This document shows, in pieces, positions 35,611-38,664 of a DNA stretch of 38,664 nucleotides. Positions within the stretch are counted from its first letter, which is position 1. Every line of letters starts with the position of its first letter. The translations under genes were made by a program, and so were the position numbers. Source of the DNA: an uncultured bacterium (GTDB lineage: Bacteria; Edwardsbacteria; AC1; EtOH8); contig CAWAAX010000017.1 in assembly GCA_963780225.1 (NCBI GenBank), positions 1 through 38,664 of the forward strand, written 5' to 3'. Under the pieces are notes generated by a model. That model did not search any database, had not been told where the DNA came from, and was given only the letters and a program-made list of their open reading frames with translations.

Positions 35611-37425
35611 TTACAGTACCACCGATTCCTGGTACTCCCCGAACACCTCTCTTAAGACCCCGCAGATCTCGCCCAGCGTGGCGTACTTCCGCACCGCGTC
35701 CACGATGAAGGGCATCAGGTTCTCGCTGCCGTGGGCCGCCCGGTGGATCTCGCCCAGCGCCTTCTTCACCGCTTCGTTGTCGCGCTTGGCCTTCATCTCG
35801 GCCAGCCGCTTCATCTGGGCGTCCTGCACGGCCTGGGAGACCTTCAAAAGATTTTTGGGAGACTCTTCCTTGACCGTGAATTTGTTGACCCCGACCACTA
35901 TCCGTTCCTGGGCCTCCACGTCCTTTTGATAGTGATAGGCGCTGTCCTGTATCTCTTTTTGGACATAGCCCTTCTCGATGGCTTTCACCATCCCGCCCAA
36001 CTTGTCTATCTTCTCGATGTAGGCCCAGGCGGCCTTTTCTATCTCGCTGGTCCGGGCCTCCACGTAATAGGAACCGGCCAAAGGATCAACCGTGTCGGCC
36101 GCGCCGGACTCGTGGGCCACAATCTGTTGGGTGCGCAGGGCAATGCGGACCGAGTCTTCCGTCGGCAGGGCCAGCGCCTCATCACGTGAGTTGGTGTGCA
36201 AGCTCTGGGTGCCGCCCAGTACCGCAGCCAGGGTCTGGATGGTTACCCGGATGATGTTGTTGTCCGGCTGCTGGGCGGTCAGGGTGCTTCCGGCGGTCTG
36301 GGTGTGGAAGCGCAGCATCTGGGACGAAGCTTTTTGGGCCTTGAACCTTTCCTTCATGATCCGGGCCCAGATCCGGCGGGCGGCCCGGAACTTGGCCACC
36401 TCTTCCAAAAGGTCGTTGTGGGAGTTGAAGAAGAACGACAGCCGGGAGGAGAAGTCGTCCACGCTCAGGCCCGAGGCGATGGCCGCCTGAACATAGGCGA
36501 TGCCGTCGGCCAGGGTGAAGGCCACTTCCTGAGTGGCGGAGCTGCCGGCCTCGCGGATGTGGTAGCCGGAGATGGAGATGGTGTTCCACTTGGGCACCTG
36601 CTTGGCGCAGTATTCAAAGATGTCGGTGATCAGCCGCATGCTGGGCGTGGGGGGAAAGATGTAGGTGCCCCGGGCTATGTATTCCTTAAGGATGTCGTTC
36701 TGGATGGTGCCGTTAAGCTGGTCGGCCTTCACCCCCTGTTTCTCGGCCACCGCCACGTACATGGCCAGCAGCACCCCGGCCGGGGCGTTGATGGTCATGG
36801 AGGTGGAGACCTTGTCCAGCGGGATGCCGTCGAACAGTATTTCCATGTCGGCCAAAGAATCAATGGCCACCCCCACCTTGCCCACTTCCCCGGCGGACAT
36901 GGCATCGTCGGAGTCGTAGCCGATCTGGGTGGGCAGGTCAAAGGCGATGGACAGCCCGGTCTGGCCCTGGGCTAAAAGATACTTGTAGCGCTTGTTGGAC
37001 TCGGCCGCATCACCGAAGCCGGCGTACTGGCGCATGGTCCAGAACTTTCCCCGGTACATGGTGGGCTGGACCCCGCGGGTATAGGGGTACTGCCCGGGAA
37101 AGCCCAGGTCTTTCTGGTAATCCAGGCCCTCGGTCTCGCAGGGGGTGTACACCCGCTTGACCTCGTCGCCGGAGGTGGACAGGAACTGCTTTTTGCGCTC
37201 GGGGTATTTGGCCAGCATTGGCTGAACGCAGGTGTTGTTCCATTCTTTGAGGGTGGTGAACAGGTCCTGCTTCTTGGGCTGCTTGGCGGACGCGGACACC
37301 GAGCCGCTGGATTGAGCCTGCCGAAGTCCTTGTCGAGGTGTGCCTGCCGGGGATTTCTTTTTTACCGGCTTGGCGGCTTTTTTGACCTGGGGCTTTGTTT
37401 TGACCTTGTTCTTTGGGCTTTTCAT
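35611..37425 (-). CDS. mcmA1: methylmalonyl-CoA mutase large (substrate-binding) subunit
   Basis: [15 protein letters not shown] (Tyr) and EYIARG (Arg) indicate methylmalonyl rather than isobutyryl specificity; [16 protein letters not shown]; Lys-rich N-terminal extension. Confidence 0.93.
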   Translation of the reverse strand: MKSPKNKVKTKPQVKKAAKPVKKKSPAGTPRQGLRQAQSSGSVSASAKQPKKQDLFTTLKEWNNTCVQPMLAKYPERKKQFLSTSGDEVKRVYTPCETEGLDYQKDLGFPGQYPYTRGVQPTMYRGKFWTMRQYAGFGDAAESNKRYKYLLAQGQTGLSIAFDLPTQIGYDSDDAMSAGEVGKVGVAIDSLADMEILFDGIPLDKVSTSMTINAPAGVLLAMYVAVAEKQGVKADQLNGTIQNDILKEYIARGTYIFPPTPSMRLITDIFEYCAKQVPKWNTISISGYHIREAGSSATQEVAFTLADGIAYVQAAIASGLSVDDFSSRLSFFFNSHNDLLEEVAKFRAARRIWARIMKERFKAQKASSQMLRFHTQTAGSTLTAQQPDNNIIRVTIQTLAAVLGGTQSLHTNSRDEALALPTEDSVRIALRTQQIVAHESGAADTVDPLAGSYYVEARTSEIEKAAWAYIEKIDKLGGMVKAIEKGYVQKEIQDSAYHYQKDVEAQERIVVGVNKFTVKEESPKNLLKVSQAVQDAQMKRLAEMKAKRDNEAVKKALGEIHRAAHGSENLMPFIVDAVRKYATLGEICGVLREVFGEYQESVVL

Positions 37426-37590
37426 GATTCACCTGCCTGTTGTGAAGATTTATATAATGCTGTTATTTACTGTTGGCACGGGACGCAGATTTACGCAGAT
37501 CCCCGCCGATTTTATAATAATACCTAAAGGGAAATCAGGTTTTCTATAAACTACTATTTGTGGTTCTTGTGCTTTTTATGGGCCGGGTTT

Positions 37591-37617
37591 CTGGATTCCC
37601 GCTTCTGCGGGAATGAC
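37591..37617. repeat. ATTCCC-N8-GGGAAT palindrome (dRS3-like)
   Basis: CTGGATTCCCGCTTCTGCGGGAATGAC. Confidence 0.7.
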
Positions 37618-37674
37618 GCGAAAGCCCCAATAAATAGAATTGGTGCCTTTGTGTCTTTGTGGCACAGGACCGGT

Positions 37675-37890
37675 TTAGTTTTTGTCCTTCCGGTCGTGGA
37701 GCATTTCCAGCACCAGAGCCAGCAGGTACATGGTCAGCGAGCAGTAGATGCCCTTGGCCAGGAAATACCAGGACATCCCGTCGTTGCGGAACTTTCCGGC
37801 AAAGACCTCGTTCCCCAGCAGAAAGGTGTAAAAGCAGATGGCCATCACCACTATCGCCGCGACTGAAGTGATGTTTTTCAGTTTTTTCAT
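37675..37890 (-). CDS. small two-TM hypothetical protein
   Basis: AAGGAG RBS, own promoter upstream, hydrophobic segments. Confidence 0.75.
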   Translation of the reverse strand: MKKLKNITSVAAIVVMAICFYTFLLGNEVFAGKFRNDGMSWYFLAKGIYCSLTMYLLALVLEMLHDRKDKN

Positions 37891-37920
37891 GGGTGCTCCT
37901 TTATGGTATTTTGCAAAATT

Positions 37921-37949
37921 ATTATAGCACTATCCGTCAAAAAATGCAA
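37921..37949 (-). promoter_or_regulatory. sigma70 promoter
   Basis: TTGCAT-N17-TATAAT with extended TG. Confidence 0.65.
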
Positions 37950-37952
37950 AAT

Positions 37953-37984
37953 AAAAAAGGGACTGTTGGCACAGTCCCTTTTTA
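37953..37984. terminator. intrinsic terminator after speD
   Basis: AAAAAAGGGACTGT-TGGC-ACAGTCCCTTTTTT. Confidence 0.85.
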
Positions 37985-38008
37985 CGGATACTACCTATTA
38001 CAACCCCT

Positions 38009-38664
38009 TTAGAACCTGGGGGTGTTCTCCCCGGAAAAGATCTCGTACATCTCCTTCTGCAGGCGCTTCTTGATCTTGAACTTGTCCCAGGCCAGCAATT
38101 TTTTCTGCCCCCGGCCGAACAGGTATTCGTCGATGTCGAAATCCTTGAGCACCATCTTGGTGTGAAAGATGTTCTCCTGATAAATATTGACGTCTACCAT
38201 CTGGTAGTCCTTGACCAGCTCCTTGGAGAGGTAGTTTTGGATGGAGTTGATCTTGTGATCGATGTAGTATTTTTTGCCGGTAACGTCCCGGGTAAAGCCC
38301 CGCACCCGGTAGTCCATGATGGCGATGTCGGAATAGAAGCAGTTGATCAGGTAGTTCAGGGCCCGCAGCGGAGAGATCACCCCGCAGGTGGAGACATCAA
38401 TGTCCGCCCGGAAGGTGCTGATGCCGTTGTCGGGGTGGCTTTCGGGATAGGTGTGGACGGTGATGTGGCTCTTGTCCAGGTGCCCCACCACGTCCTGGTG
38501 CTCCAGGTTCTCAGCGGTGCCGCTGGGAAAATCTATGTGCTCCGGCTGGACGTGCTCTTCCGAGATCAGCATGGTAACGCTGGCCCCCTGGGGATCGTAG
38601 TCCTGCTGGGCGATGTTCAGCACCTTGGCCCCGATGATGTTGGCCACCTCTGTCAGTATCTTGG
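38009..38664 (-). CDS. speD: S-adenosylmethionine decarboxylase (E. coli type), 5' part outside window
   Basis: [36 protein letters not shown]; frame open to window edge. Confidence 0.95.
   Translation of the reverse strand, partial: KILTEVANIIGAKVLNIAQQDYDPQGASVTMLISEEHVQPEHIDFPSGTAENLEHQDVVGHLDKSHITVHTYPESHPDNGISTFRADIDVSTCGVISPLRALNYLINCFYSDIAIMDYRVRGFTRDVTGKKYYIDHKINSIQNYLSKELVKDYQMVDVNIYQENIFHTKMVLKDFDIDEYLFGRGQKKLLAWDKFKIKKRLQKEMYEIFSGENTPRF

Noticed and set aside
34264..36975. Long + strand ORFs (341, 259 aa) and similar antisense ORFs elsewhere
   Set aside because: Antisense shadows of well-supported GC3-rich genes

Overview
Bacterial chromosomal window, GC-rich overall with several AT-rich single-gene inserts; probably an anaerobe. 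No rRNA, tRNA, CRISPR or integrase seen. Contents in order: an Rrf2-hcp nitrosative-stress operon (61-3618, -); yjbQ, a secreted beta-propeller, and a small GIY-YIG nuclease between two 325-bp direct repeats built of 77-bp hairpin units; envelope and hypothetical genes; an ECF sigma/anti-sigma pair; an isochorismatase/flavoprotein/RlmN-like radical SAM operon; lemA; and a methylmalonyl-CoA pathway cluster (mcmA1, mcmA2, meaB, mce) spread over ~14 kb by co-oriented cargo (XcyI-like R-M system, DUF559 nuclease, MenAT-like toxin-antitoxin, aspartyl protease, RPH-like phosphotransferase). The strongest unexplained signal is a set of small palindromic elements. One family has covarying stems around a near-invariant TGAG...CGAA core, inserts as 24-nt modules into other repeats and into a coding sequence, and is amplified around the GIY-YIG gene. 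Both small nuclease cassettes (GIY-YIG, DUF559) abut ~60-bp duplicated host gene ends. All family assignments come from motif recognition by eye; no searches were run.
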